Source: Histomonas meleagridis 2922-C6/04-290x (lineage: Eukaryota; Protista; Parabasalia). Taken from it: a stretch of DNA of 64,000 bases. The DNA is taken from NCBI GenBank assembly GCA_020184695.1, contig JAANOX010000269.1, positions 250,022 through 314,021 of the forward strand, given 5' to 3'. Below the pieces are notes generated by a model. That model saw nothing but the letters and a program-made list of their open reading frames with translations, did not search any database and was not told the DNA's origin. The translations under genes were made by a program, and so were the position numbers. Of the stretch, positions 32,282-44,041 are shown piece by piece; positions within the stretch are counted from its first letter, which is position 1, and each line of letters begins with the position of its first letter.

Positions 32282-33628
32282 TCATTTGATACTTTCGATC
32301 TCTTCGATGTTCAAACATTTCTTGAGTGATTCAATGAATTCTTGAGCGCAATCCTTATATTCAAATGGTGCCTTTTGCCCTATATATTGAGTAATTATTG
32401 CATGATTTTCATTATCAGTATTCTTCGGAAGTCCATTTTTACAATTGCTGTAATCTAATAGGATATATGCGTTCTCTTCATCACCTTCAGGTATCTTAGA
32501 GTATATAGGAAGCATTACTAACTCATCATTTCTTTCAGTAACTTTAAATGGAATTGTTTTTGTCTTACTGAAATAGCATGATGCGGTCTTTGATGTGCCC
32601 ATAATTTCAGCTAATTGCATTAGCTGCGCTACAAATTTCGGGTTTGGGCTTGAAATCCTTCTTTTAGAACGAACCGTATCGTAAGCGGTTTTGTAGTCAA
32701 TTTCGTTGGTAACGATCAAGTAGCCGATACAAACCGCTGCTGATCGAGAAACTCCTTCAACACAATGAAGAAGAACTTTACCGCCTTCTTTAATTGCATC
32801 GTTAATAAAATTAGTGATTCTGAAAATATGCGATAATATATTTTCATTACCACCATCAAACATAGGAATATCAAGATGAATAAAGTTTGGTAATGATTTT
32901 ATTACTTGTGATGCACAATTAACAATATGAGTGATCCCAGCGTGGTTAAGTAGGGCCTCGTTTTGTGATGTTGTTTGGGAGCCTATAAAAATGTTATCTG
33001 TTACTTGACTAAGATAGTCTCTCCATCGAGCTAATTTGTCTTGCTTCCCCCAATGTAGTTTTGTACACGTGTCTTGAGAACAACAGAGTAAGGCTGGACA
33101 TGGGTTTATTGGCAAAAATGATGATGGAAAAAATGGTGGAGGAGTAATAGAATAACGTAAAGAAAACTGTGAAAGAGGTGGAAATAAATCAAACAGATTT
33201 TGGACAGGAAATGTTTTTTTCCCGATAATAGGACGAAGATTTAAAACTTGTATTAAAGAAATACAACGCGCTCGAGATAAACAATTAGATTCCTTTCCTG
33301 TAAGGATAAAGCAAAATCCCTTTTCATTGTTTAAATTGATAGGATGCAAAAATCCATCTTCATTAAACGAATTTTTAAATTCATCAATAGGAAAATCACT
33401 TGGTTGTAATGCAAGTGAATCACAATTTACAGGTGTTGGAGAGAAAACAGCTAGTAATGATATTTTCTTCAATTTATTTGAAATTTCAAATAAAGATGAA
33501 AAAGAAAGAGATTTAACTGAAGAACGAATTTGATTTTGTGAGACAGGCCAGAGCGATAGGCTAATTTTATTTCCCTTCGGTTGTTCATCTGAAGGCTGAC
33601 CAAATTCGAAACCACTACTAAAAAACAT
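32282..33628 (-). CDS. Dual-specificity protein phosphatase
   Basis: SQVTDNIFIGS, GITHIVNCA, catalytic HCVEGVSRS and ISSPNPKFVAQL. Confidence 0.88.
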   Translation of the reverse strand: MFFSSGFEFGQPSDEQPKGNKISLSLWPVSQNQIRSSVKSLSFSSLFEISNKLKKISLLAVFSPTPVNCDSLALQPSDFPIDEFKNSFNEDGFLHPINLNNEKGFCFILTGKESNCLSRARCISLIQVLNLRPIIGKKTFPVQNLFDLFPPLSQFSLRYSITPPPFFPSSFLPINPCPALLCCSQDTCTKLHWGKQDKLARWRDYLSQVTDNIFIGSQTTSQNEALLNHAGITHIVNCASQVIKSLPNFIHLDIPMFDGGNENILSHIFRITNFINDAIKEGGKVLLHCVEGVSRSAAVCIGYLIVTNEIDYKTAYDTVRSKRRISSPNPKFVAQLMQLAEIMGTSKTASCYFSKTKTIPFKVTERNDELVMLPIYSKIPEGDEENAYILLDYSNCKNGLPKNTDNENHAIITQYIGQKAPFEYKDCAQEFIESLKKCLNIEEIESIK

Positions 33629-34838
33629 TCTTTTCCAATATCGCTGATAAAAAGGGTGCCCCAAAAAGTTCAAATTTTTATTCCTAAATTTTTATAACTA
33701 AGTGATAACTATATGCTTGATGATCATTGTTATTATTATCTAATGTTTTTGAAAGATTTAGTAAGTATTAACTCAAAATTATGAAGGATTTAATTATGAT
33801 AATGAAAAATCTTGAAGTAAAAAATATGTACGACTTCCACGCAAACGGTTTTTATAAGGGAATTAAGCTTTTAAGCTTTTATTCTTCTTTTTAGAGTCAT
33901 TTTTAGAGATTATTGTTCAAGGATGTTTGGACGTTTTTGTGCAGTAAGTCGAAATGTTGCTGAAATTAACGGTCGATATATCACCACTTTTTTCATAGTT
34001 TACATATAACTAACAAAATATTGAACGATTAAAATTTATTAAAAAAGTCGATGAGTCAAAATATTTTTGATCTTTTTCAATACTTTATATTCAATGTAAT
34101 CCATTCAATTCTTTTACATCGATGTCACTTTTACGATAGAAATACGATAGAGTTTTTTGAACATTTTCAAAAAACTCTATCGTATTTTAATCATTGGCCC
34201 GTACCAGATGCTGGGGCAACATATCTATCTTTTTTAAAATTATCATAATTCTTCTTCTGCCTCGAAAAATTTAAAAATTATATATTTAACCAAGAATTGT
34301 ACTTGATATTAAGCAACTTTATCTATTTGTATATATATGGATTTGTCACTTTTATTTTGAAATAAATGTATTTTAAAATTTTTTTCGAAGTCGCTCCATA
34401 CATATCAAATATACCAGCACTCCGGGTCATTTGTTATTGTTTTTGATATACAAAATTTGTTCATTTGTTAATTTTGAAATTTTTATCTCCCCACTCAGTT
34501 TGTTTCAACATCACTTTTCTGTAAAGTAACCAATGAAATTAAATACTTTACTTGATTTAAACACGATAGAGGACGTTAAAAACAATTACAGCCACCTCAA
34601 AATATTTTGACGTATTCGACTTTTTGAATTAATAAAGTTTTGAAAATTGGTGACCGTTTATTGACCGTTAATTTCAGCAACATATCGACTTACAACAGTT
34701 TGGACGTTTTTGGTGGGTTCTCAAAAATTTCAATTGAGCAAAAACTCGTTATGACAAAACTGTATGATCATCATTCAAAACCCCAAGTTTTGATAGCTTT
34801 ATACCAAATTTCACCCTCAGAGGTAACAAGTTATTTCG

Positions 34839-37800
34839 ATGAAAAAAACAGTTGAAGAATCTGGAACACAAGGCACCAACAAATCAAACTCTAACCGCAT
34901 GTCATGTTCCAGTGTGGACAACAATGCATCGAAATCAAAAGCATTTGAATCAGTATTAATTCAACTAATCACAGAATCAAATCGAACAACAAGTATTCCT
35001 CAAGCCCTTGGTATCATTTGGTTTCTTTTTTCATCACTTCAGCTTGTAATTGCTTCGTATTTTATTTTTCGCGATGGCTTTGAAATGGGTTCATTTATGC
35101 GTATTTTATCAAGTGTCCTTTATTTTGGCTTTGATAACAATACATCTAACTGGATATTTGCACTTATTCCACCAATTATCAATCTTCTCACATTTTTAAT
35201 AACCTTTGTCATGTATGTTGACTTCAATATCAATCATGAATACCGTCGTGTATTTATGTGGATCTTTCGTTATTGGCATGGTGCCTATTATCATATCTTT
35301 TCATCACCCTCTATTATTTCATTAGGCTTTTCCCTTAAGATTTATACTGAAAATCCCAATGGCCCCAAAGGAATTCTTCTTCTTGTCAACATTTTTAGCA
35401 TTGCATATCTTTGTTATCATTTTTACAACCTTACATTACCCATTTTTTCAAGTCCATATCTCCACAATCATTATTTCTTTATTTGGATGCCGCATTCTGT
35501 TTTTAATCTTGTATTAATTGTCGGCGTTCCAAATGCATTTTCAGTTTTTGCAATTCGTAGTACAGGCTGGATGTTTTATATATCATATCTCATCTTAATA
35601 GGCGCATCCGTTCTTATGTTTTATCAATTTTTATATGATAATTTTTCACGTATTTTTTCTGCTGCATTATTACTGACGTTACCAGTTTGGTGTATTTTTA
35701 ATGGTATTATTTCATTTTGTTCAATTTTTATACCGATTAATCTTTACATATATTATTTTGTTCCATTTGGCTTAGCGATTATTGTTTCTATCATTCTTAA
35801 GATAATATTAACACGAAGAGAAGATCGAATCGCTAAAGAACTTACAACAGATATTGAAATGAATGAAGAAGAGAAGAAAGAATATTTTGATAATTTAGGA
35901 ATTAATGAAAGAAACATATTCTTATATATGCAAATTGGTATACAAAGAGAATGTTCATTGTTTCTTGATTGGTCACTTTCTAATTATGCATGTAAACGAT
36001 TTCCACAAAATCAATCAGTGTTAGTCTTATCAACATGGATGGTATCATTTTTCCCATCTGAATCATACACATTTAATAAGATGTTAGATTGTTGTAGTAA
36101 AATATTGGATCCAAGTTTATATACCAAATGTATGTATTATCAATTACATCGCGCACATTTATTTAGACAAAGTTCAGCATCCAATGAAATTAACAAGGAT
36201 TTTTCAAAGATATCACAAATGTCAAATTGGTTAATATCGAACATGAGTAACTTTTGGAAAACAATTTATAGTGATCCAGAAGATATAAATGAATCGATTT
36301 GTAGTGAAATTAATGAGATTAAAAAACAAGTTGATCAACAATGGATCGAAATTAATGATAAATATCCGAATAATGCACGATTTGCATTAGAATATTCACG
36401 TTATTTAATCGAAGGGAAAAGTTGTTTTAAAGAAGGACTTATATGGCATAAGAAATCACTTTTATTAGAAAGTGGTAAACGATTTGAAAATGATAAATTA
36501 TTTAGATGTTTCTTATTACAATTCCCTTATTACTTAAAGCATAAAGTTGTTGACTTTAATGGGAATTTATTAAACAAAAGAAACTTAAAAATGAATACTG
36601 AAACAACTACAATATCAACAAATTCAAGTTTCGATACTGATTCAGATATATTTATTAATGAAGAAGAAGATAGAGAATATTTACCATTAATAGATCTTCG
36701 ATTAGCATTACAAAATTCCGTTTCTATTATGTCAAGTGCTACAGGTAAAATATTAATATCAGTTATATTATCATTAATAGTTTTATTAGCAGTAAGTATA
36801 GCACAATTTTGTTTTATTTCTTATTCATTTAAATCTACAAATGATTTTATATCTGTTTTAGAAGATTTTGATTCGATATTTCATTCATATGATATAACTT
36901 CTAATAGTAATATTTGGTTATCTATTATGTCATCTGAAGAAGTTAATAATAATATTGATATAATATCTAATGAATTATCATCAAGATTATTAAATTGGTT
37001 TGATGATACATTAAATAATGCAAGTTTAAATGTATTAGCTAATTCAAATGAAGGTATTATTAACATTGATACATTTTCATCTTTTCTTTATAATGTACAT
37101 GCTGAAAGTGCACGTTTAACATCATTTAGTTCAGTATTTTCGAAAGAATTATTTTCGACACATAAATGTGTATATAATAATGATTTATTAGAAGAAGAAG
37201 TTGAAAATAATGAAATATCACTTGATTATCTTTTAAGGTCATTTTTCCAATTATCTACGGAATTAATTAATTATCCAAAGAATGATATCTTTTCATGGTT
37301 AAACTCACCTGATTTTTGTACATTATATATGCAACAATTCGAAATTCAAGAAGCTTTGTTCCATTCATTAGGACATTTTACTATAACTTATAAAACTTAT
37401 TTTGATAATGATACTGATGATGATTATAATTTCTCTGATGATGATGATTATTCTTATAGAGAAACTATGTTTACATTTTTAGGTTCATTTATACCTTTTG
37501 TAATCTTTTTAGTAAGTGTACCAGTATATATATCTACAACTTATTTCCCTGCTAAACAACTTCATAGTTCATTAAAATTATTATTTTCAGTATCTAAAGA
37601 CGATTCATTAGCAGCTTCTAAACAAATATTAAGTAATGATGACTCGAAAAGTAATAATAATTCAACGTTTTCTAAAATTAACAAATTTTCATTTTATAGT
37701 ATATTAATAGTTTTAGGAGTTATAATATTATTTGTCTTATTAATAATATTACCAATTCATTCTACAATGCATAATAATGATTTATATGTATTTATCGATT

Positions 37801-39605
37801 ATTTTATAATGATGATAGCACATCGAAATTTATTATATGCTATAGGTAGAGATACATCATATTATATATTTATTAATAATATAAAGAAAATTGATTATAA
37901 TGATAATACTAAAAATAAAATATTCCAAAATGCAATTAATGTTTATTCCAATTTCTTAAGACAACATATATTAAATATATTATATCAATATAATGAAATG
38001 GCGCCAATTATAGACTTCCAAACTTTAACTACATCTACATCGAATTTTAAAGAAAATAATAATATATTACAAAACACAAAACTTTGTGATCCTGATCCTA
38101 CATTAGGAGATGAGACAGAATATTATAGTTGTATCTCATTTAATCGTTTAGTTAATTATTATATTGGTAAAATTAAAAGTGCGTTAGCAATATATCAAAA
38201 CATTACAGCAACAGAAAGTTTTATATATCAAATTGGACATATATTAGATTCACGTTTTAATGAAAGTTTCCATGAAATTTCAACATTATACATATCAAAC
38301 ATTGAAAGTCTTAAAGTCAGTTTCTTTATTATTAATTTGATCATATTTTTAATATCGATTATTATCATTATCTTTATGTTTTTATTAGAATATCAATCAA
38401 TTAATAAAGCGAATGAACAATTTGATATATTTAAAGCATTATTAATGCGATTAAATCCTTTATCTATAGTATCTAATCCTTTATTATTATCATTAGTTTA
38501 TGGTACTAAAAATCGTAACAAACAAAAGATTAGTAGTTCTTCACATGCTATGTTTCAAACTTCTCAAGATGCGATGATCTTATTTAATGATGAATGTATA
38601 ATCGAAAACTTAAATCCAGCAGTGACTGAAATATTTGGTTTTACTCCTGAACAAATCCTTGGACAACATATTAAATCATTAATTGATACTGAAAATAATT
38701 CACAACTATTTTATGTGATTAATTTAATGTTAAGTGGACAAACAAAATTAATGTATGAAACTCAAGCTATAGGTACTAAAGATGATTCATCTAAAATACA
38801 TTTACAAGTTACTTTAGTCGGGTTTACTCAAAATGAACGTAACGCTTCAAGTTTCGCAATATTATGTAAAGATATGACAACTGAAATAGAACAAAAGAAT
38901 GCTGTCGAAGAAGCTAAAAAGAAATCAGATGAAATTTTAAACCAAATATTACCAAAGGATATCATCATTAGATTAAATAGAGGTGAAAAAAATATTTCAT
39001 TTACTGTACCTTGTGCAACTGTTATGTTTTTGGATATCGAAAAATTCTCAAAATATACTTCGACTTTAACTGCAAAAGAAATTATGCAAAACTTAAGCCG
39101 AATATTTACGGAATTCGATACCATTTTGGGTGGTGAAGAATTTAACTTAATTACAAAAATTAAATTAATCGGTGATGACTATATGGCTGCTGCTGGATTG
39201 TTTAACCCTGACGTAGATAAGTCATTGCATGCAATACAATCCGTAAACTTCGCAATTAAGGCTTTGGAAGCTGTGGAAAATTTGAACATAGTATTGAACG
39301 CAAACTTACAATTAAGAGTTGGCGTGAATACGGATGGGCCTTTGATCGCAGGCGTGCTTGGCGTGGATAAGCCTTTGTTCGATATTATCGGAGATACAAT
39401 TAATGTGGCCGCTAGATTGCAAAGTACAGATATCCCAAGCTTGATACAGGTGTCAGAAGGTACTTATAATTGTATTGCAAATCAAAAGTTTTATATAACA
39501 CAAAGAGGTGAAATAGAACTAAAAGGTAAAGGTAAAAGAATGACATACTTGGTGCACCCCGAAGAAACAAGACAATTAAGAAAAAATGAAATAAGTAATG
39601 TATGA
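34839..39605 (+). CDS. Transmembrane adenylate cyclase with PAS domain
   Basis: Multiple TM blocks, a PAS domain (LNPAVTEIFGFTPEQILG) and a class III cyclase domain (FLDIEKFS, KIKLIGDDYMAAAG, FDIIGDTINVAARL). The K/D specificity residues indicate ATP. Confidence 0.9.
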   Translation: MKKTVEESGTQGTNKSNSNRMSCSSVDNNASKSKAFESVLIQLITESNRTTSIPQALGIIWFLFSSLQLVIASYFIFRDGFEMGSFMRILSSVLYFGFDNNTSNWIFALIPPIINLLTFLITFVMYVDFNINHEYRRVFMWIFRYWHGAYYHIFSSPSIISLGFSLKIYTENPNGPKGILLLVNIFSIAYLCYHFYNLTLPIFSSPYLHNHYFFIWMPHSVFNLVLIVGVPNAFSVFAIRSTGWMFYISYLILIGASVLMFYQFLYDNFSRIFSAALLLTLPVWCIFNGIISFCSIFIPINLYIYYFVPFGLAIIVSIILKIILTRREDRIAKELTTDIEMNEEEKKEYFDNLGINERNIFLYMQIGIQRECSLFLDWSLSNYACKRFPQNQSVLVLSTWMVSFFPSESYTFNKMLDCCSKILDPSLYTKCMYYQLHRAHLFRQSSASNEINKDFSKISQMSNWLISNMSNFWKTIYSDPEDINESICSEINEIKKQVDQQWIEINDKYPNNARFALEYSRYLIEGKSCFKEGLIWHKKSLLLESGKRFENDKLFRCFLLQFPYYLKHKVVDFNGNLLNKRNLKMNTETTTISTNSSFDTDSDIFINEEEDREYLPLIDLRLALQNSVSIMSSATGKILISVILSLIVLLAVSIAQFCFISYSFKSTNDFISVLEDFDSIFHSYDITSNSNIWLSIMSSEEVNNNIDIISNELSSRLLNWFDDTLNNASLNVLANSNEGIINIDTFSSFLYNVHAESARLTSFSSVFSKELFSTHKCVYNNDLLEEEVENNEISLDYLLRSFFQLSTELINYPKNDIFSWLNSPDFCTLYMQQFEIQEALFHSLGHFTITYKTYFDNDTDDDYNFSDDDDYSYRETMFTFLGSFIPFVIFLVSVPVYISTTYFPAKQLHSSLKLLFSVSKDDSLAASKQILSNDDSKSNNNSTFSKINKFSFYSILIVLGVIILFVLLIILPIHSTMHNNDLYVFIDYFIMMIAHRNLLYAIGRDTSYYIFINNIKKIDYNDNTKNKIFQNAINVYSNFLRQHILNILYQYNEMAPIIDFQTLTTSTSNFKENNNILQNTKLCDPDPTLGDETEYYSCISFNRLVNYYIGKIKSALAIYQNITATESFIYQIGHILDSRFNESFHEISTLYISNIESLKVSFFIINLIIFLISIIIIIFMFLLEYQSINKANEQFDIFKALLMRLNPLSIVSNPLLLSLVYGTKNRNKQKISSSSHAMFQTSQDAMILFNDECIIENLNPAVTEIFGFTPEQILGQHIKSLIDTENNSQLFYVINLMLSGQTKLMYETQAIGTKDDSSKIHLQVTLVGFTQNERNASSFAILCKDMTTEIEQKNAVEEAKKKSDEILNQILPKDIIIRLNRGEKNISFTVPCATVMFLDIEKFSKYTSTLTAKEIMQNLSRIFTEFDTILGGEEFNLITKIKLIGDDYMAAAGLFNPDVDKSLHAIQSVNFAIKALEAVENLNIVLNANLQLRVGVNTDGPLIAGVLGVDKPLFDIIGDTINVAARLQSTDIPSLIQVSEGTYNCIANQKFYITQRGEIELKGKGKRMTYLVHPEETRQLRKNEISNV

Positions 39606-39872
39606 AAAAAATAAAAAATAATTTAAACATTTTTAAGGTTAATCAACAATTAAATTTTATCGAACCTAAAAAAATTAAATGTTTGATCAAATTAATTTTA
39701 AAATTCTCATTCGCTTAAATAATTATTAATTGCTTTTTCCTTTAAAAAAGTAATTAAACTACTTATCAATATGACAAAATTGATATTATGCCTTTTTGAA
39801 CTCTTTGATAATAATTCAAAACAAAAATAAAAAAACGTTAAGCAGTCAAATATTTTTACTGTTATTGTGAAA

Positions 39873-40304
39873 ATGAATTCGGAGTTTATGTTGGCTTCAA
39901 GAGATATTTCAAGAGATGATGATGACGATATCCCAATAGATGATAGTGATGATGAATATAAAAGTAGATCTGAAACTGTGGAAAAAATGATTTCTGAAAT
40001 GACGGAAGAAGAAAGAACAAGATATAACATATTTCAATCACAGACTTGTAGATTCCCGAAAAATAAAGTTAAGAGCTTAATGCAAAATGCTGTACCTGGT
40101 GTTCAAGTTCAAAATAAAGCAGTCACAGTCGCATCATTCGCTGTTCGTTTATTTTCAGCAGAATTGATTGAGCTTGCACGTGAAATTAGTGGAAATGAAG
40201 AACCTTTAACACCTGATCTTATAATGATAGCATTAAATGAAATAATTGACAAAGGAACCATTCCAGGATTAGGTCCAGGAACAAAAAAATCTCAAGTATT
40301 TTAA
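39873..40304 (+). CDS. TAF11: TAF11 (TAFII28)-like histone-fold protein
   Basis: EERTRYNIF..FPKNKVKSLMQ..FAVRLFSAELIELA..PLTP resembles TAF11. Confidence 0.7.
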   Translation: MNSEFMLASRDISRDDDDDIPIDDSDDEYKSRSETVEKMISEMTEEERTRYNIFQSQTCRFPKNKVKSLMQNAVPGVQVQNKAVTVASFAVRLFSAELIELAREISGNEEPLTPDLIMIALNEIIDKGTIPGLGPGTKKSQVF

Positions 40305-40549
40305 AGCACTTCATTGTTTTTGTCATAAAAATTATAATATTTTTGCATTACTTTTTTTAAATGATTGACCAGTGATGCAAATGTTTAAATTTTTATTAAA
40401 AAAAAAGTATTAAACATATTAGCAAATATATCAAATTTTTTATGGAAAACACATTAATTTGGTGAAAGATGATTTTTTGAGGCTTTTTTGTCCCTTCAAG
40501 AATCTTGCCAATTTGATTCATCTAAAGCTATTGGGTGTCTCTAAGTATA

Positions 40550-40866
40550 TAGAGGTTATATCAGGCGACGAAGAAGACCTCCAAGCAAATATAGAGGAAT
40601 ATGGACCTGCTTGTGTTGCTATTGATGCTTCACACTGGAGTTTCCAACTTTATACCAGTGGAATTTATGATGAACCAAGATGCTCATCTACAGCACTTGA
40701 CCATTGTGTTGGATGCGTTGGATTTGGTGTCGAAGGTACTACTAATTATTGGATTGTTCGTGACTCTTGGGGAGAATCATGGGGTGAAGACGGATATATC
40801 CGTATGATCAAGAACAAGAACAACCAATGTGGTATTGAGACTGATGCTGTTATCCCAATTGCTTAA
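40550..40866 (+). pseudogene. 5'-truncated papain-family (cathepsin L-like) cysteine protease fragment
   Basis: GPACVAIDASHWSFQLYTSGIY, LDHCVGCVGFG and WIVRDSWG (catalytic Asn replaced by Asp). The catalytic Cys region and prodomain are absent. Confidence 0.75.
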
Positions 40867-40937
40867 AAAATTTATGAAACTTTTGTTTTGTACTGATGTA
40901 AAATATTCAAATTCAGCGGTTTCGACAGCTTCCAAAA

Positions 40938-42854
40938 ATGCATCCAAACATTATTCCTGCACCTTTACATCTGGAAGTTGGAAACGGAGAATGGATATTA
41001 ACCTCAAACGCAGTAATTATGTATGATTCTTCTGTAGAAGGGTTATTCTTTATTTCAAATTATCTTGCTAATTTTATCAGAAAATCTACAGCTATCTCTA
41101 TTAAAGTTTCAAACGTCATCAACTCAAATGGAATTGTTCTCAAAAAATCAGTTGGGTTTGGAAAAGAAGAATATTCACTCATAGTTGATACAGAAGGTGT
41201 TAAAATTTCTGCTTCAGAATATAACGGATTCTTTTATGGAGTTCAAACGCTATTACAACTTTTCCCAGTTGAAATTTTTAGCAGAGCTTATACTCCAAAT
41301 ATAAAATGGAGTGTTCCATTTATCAAAATATCTGATAAGCCAAGATTAGAATGGCGTGGGTTTTTATTAGATTGTAGTCGTCATTTCTTTGATGTCAGTA
41401 CAATTAAACATGTGTTAGATACAATGGCTCTTCATAAAATTAATGTATTCCATTGGCATCTTGTTGATGACCAATCATGGAGAATTGAAATTAAAAAATA
41501 TCCACTTTTAACACAGAAAGGAGCGCTTACTGACGAGCTTCCAATTCCATGGCATCGACTTGAATATGATGGAACTCCATATGGACCATATTATTACACA
41601 CAAGAAGAAATCAAAGAAGTTGTTGCTTATGCTAAATCATTAGCTATCACAGTTGTCCCTGAGATCGAAATGCCTGGTCATGCAGTGGCTGCTCTTTCGG
41701 GGTACCCCGAATTTTCTTGTAAAGGTGACACTTTTCGCCCGTTAACGTATTGGGGTTGTTCACCAGACGCATTTTGTCCTGGAAATGATGGAACAATTAA
41801 ATTCTTGGAAGACATATTAGATGAAGTAATGGAACTTTTTGATTCAAAGTTTATACATTGTGGTGGTGATGAATGTAGTAAATGTAGATGGGATGAATGT
41901 CCAAAATGTCAGAAAAGAATAAAGGATAAGGGATTAAAAAACACTGAAGAACTTCAATCATGGTTTGTTAACCAAATTGCTAATTATGTCGAATCAAAAG
42001 GAAGACATATGATAGGTTGGGATGAGATTATGCAAGGCGGCCTCCCAAAGGAAGCATCTGTAATGAGTTGGCAAGGAGTTGAAGGAGGAACTAAAGCTGC
42101 GCAACAAGGACATTATGTCGTAATGTCACCAAATCCGATTCTTTATGTTGATCATGGCCAGTTACCAGTTGCTGAAAAATATGAATATATTGTTGATTAT
42201 TCAAAAGGACAACTTAATAATTTATATAAAGTATATACATTCGAACCAACAAAAGGAATCCCTGAAGAATGTAAGAAATATATTATCGGAGCTCAATGTA
42301 ATCTATTTGCTGAATATGTATGGGGAGGTAGAATGGATATCGATTACAAATATTTCCCACGTATGTGTGCTCTTTCTGAAGTATGTTGGTCGAAATTAGA
42401 AGATAGAAGTATGGAAAATTTCTTAGCAAAAATGTCACGTTCTCATAGTGAAAGGTTAGTTAGATATGGCATTAACATTGGTCCTATCACAGGGCATAAA
42501 AACATTTATTGGAATAATAATCACATCAAAGCCAATGTTTTCACATCACATGTCTGGAATATTAACGGTGGAATTGGAATTCCTGCTTCATATCAAGCTG
42601 TGTTCATAATGAAAGCAGGAAATAATAATATTAAGGTGAGGAATGTTAAAATTTTATATGATGACGAAGTTGTCGCAAATGATTTAAGCGAAAAATTGGT
42701 AACAGAAATAAATACACCATCATTTAACTTCGTTATAAAAGAAAATGCAGAAGGTCATAACGTAACAATTAGTGCTGAATTATGTGGTATCGGTGGAAAT
42801 GATTCATGTGGCGAGATACAGATTTACTATACAATGCCAAATGAGAATAAATAA
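40938..42854 (+). CDS. GH20 beta-N-acetylhexosaminidase
   Basis: PRLEWRGFLLDCSRHFF, FHWHLVDDQSWR, PEIEMPGH, catalytic HCGGDEC and GWDEI. Confidence 0.92.
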   Translation: MHPNIIPAPLHLEVGNGEWILTSNAVIMYDSSVEGLFFISNYLANFIRKSTAISIKVSNVINSNGIVLKKSVGFGKEEYSLIVDTEGVKISASEYNGFFYGVQTLLQLFPVEIFSRAYTPNIKWSVPFIKISDKPRLEWRGFLLDCSRHFFDVSTIKHVLDTMALHKINVFHWHLVDDQSWRIEIKKYPLLTQKGALTDELPIPWHRLEYDGTPYGPYYYTQEEIKEVVAYAKSLAITVVPEIEMPGHAVAALSGYPEFSCKGDTFRPLTYWGCSPDAFCPGNDGTIKFLEDILDEVMELFDSKFIHCGGDECSKCRWDECPKCQKRIKDKGLKNTEELQSWFVNQIANYVESKGRHMIGWDEIMQGGLPKEASVMSWQGVEGGTKAAQQGHYVVMSPNPILYVDHGQLPVAEKYEYIVDYSKGQLNNLYKVYTFEPTKGIPEECKKYIIGAQCNLFAEYVWGGRMDIDYKYFPRMCALSEVCWSKLEDRSMENFLAKMSRSHSERLVRYGINIGPITGHKNIYWNNNHIKANVFTSHVWNINGGIGIPASYQAVFIMKAGNNNIKVRNVKILYDDEVVANDLSEKLVTEINTPSFNFVIKENAEGHNVTISAELCGIGGNDSCGEIQIYYTMPNENK

Positions 42855-44033
42855 TATCGACATTCATTTATACAAATAAAAAGTAAATTTTGTTTAAAAA
42901 AATCTTTTTATTGTACTAAATCTTTTCCAACATCTTAAGAAGTTTTAAAACATTTGAAATGTAACGAGCACTGCTTTTTTTCATATACAAATAATATGAG
43001 AAATATGTATTAGTACTAATTTTTAGAAATTTCTAAAAATGCAAATGTTTTGTTTTGCTTTCTAAACAAATTACCATTTCATAAAATTGTAAAAGCAAAC
43101 TTGCTTTCACTTTGAATCGCAGATAAAGTTCAACCAACGATTTTGTTAATCGTTTTGTTTGATAAACAGAATGAATATGTCCATTTAAAAAATCAAGAGA
43201 AAATAAAAAATAAAATATAAAAAATATTTTTACTGAAAATATTTTTTTATTAAATGTTTTAATATTTCTTTAACATCTGAGATTATAAATTGGAGACAGC
43301 GATTATAACAAGAGTGTCTTCTTAAGTAAGAGGTATTGGATCATACTGAATTTTATAAATAACAAAAAGGGCAAAAATTAGATACATTGTCTTAAATATA
43401 GATGAGGATACCATAAAACTAATTATACTGTTCATATTCAAGCTTTATATGTAATCAAAAACAATGTAAACCAAGTAGATGAATCATTATTTGGTAAAAA
43501 TTATCAAAACACATAAATTAAGATCTATTTCAACTTCAAAGTTGAAAATTCGAAAATAAATATAAAAACATATTTTTTTCATTGAGACCAAATTTATGGT
43601 TTGACTTGTTTGCTCTTATGTTTACTGGCTGTCTTATTGGTGATTTTTGTAATATGGATAGTACAAAATTAAATTTATTCATAATAATCTTTTGAGACAA
43701 GCTAATTCAATATGTAATTTGTTTTAATATTCTTTCAAACAATTTTGTTAACATTGGTTTTAATTTTACAGAGCTTTAAGTTGAAATAACCCATTTTGCA
43801 GTTAATCACATCAATTATGTGAAGTGAAGTGTTTTATCATAGAAAAAGTCATGTAAAATTTTGATTTTTTACTTCACTCGGCTTCATTAAACTGTCACAT
43901 TCATTTTTCTATACCATGGTCCATGTTTAACAGTTAAACAACAAACAATGCATTGAATTCATTGTTTACTTTGTATGATTTGAATATATTTAATGAAAAA
44001 TCTCTTAAAATAATATTAACAAATTTTCTCACC

Positions 44034-44040
44034 TCATTTT
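44034..44040 (+). promoter_or_regulatory. Initiator (Inr) element
   Basis: TCATTTT immediately upstream of ATG 44042. Confidence 0.45.
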
Positions 44041-44041
44041 C

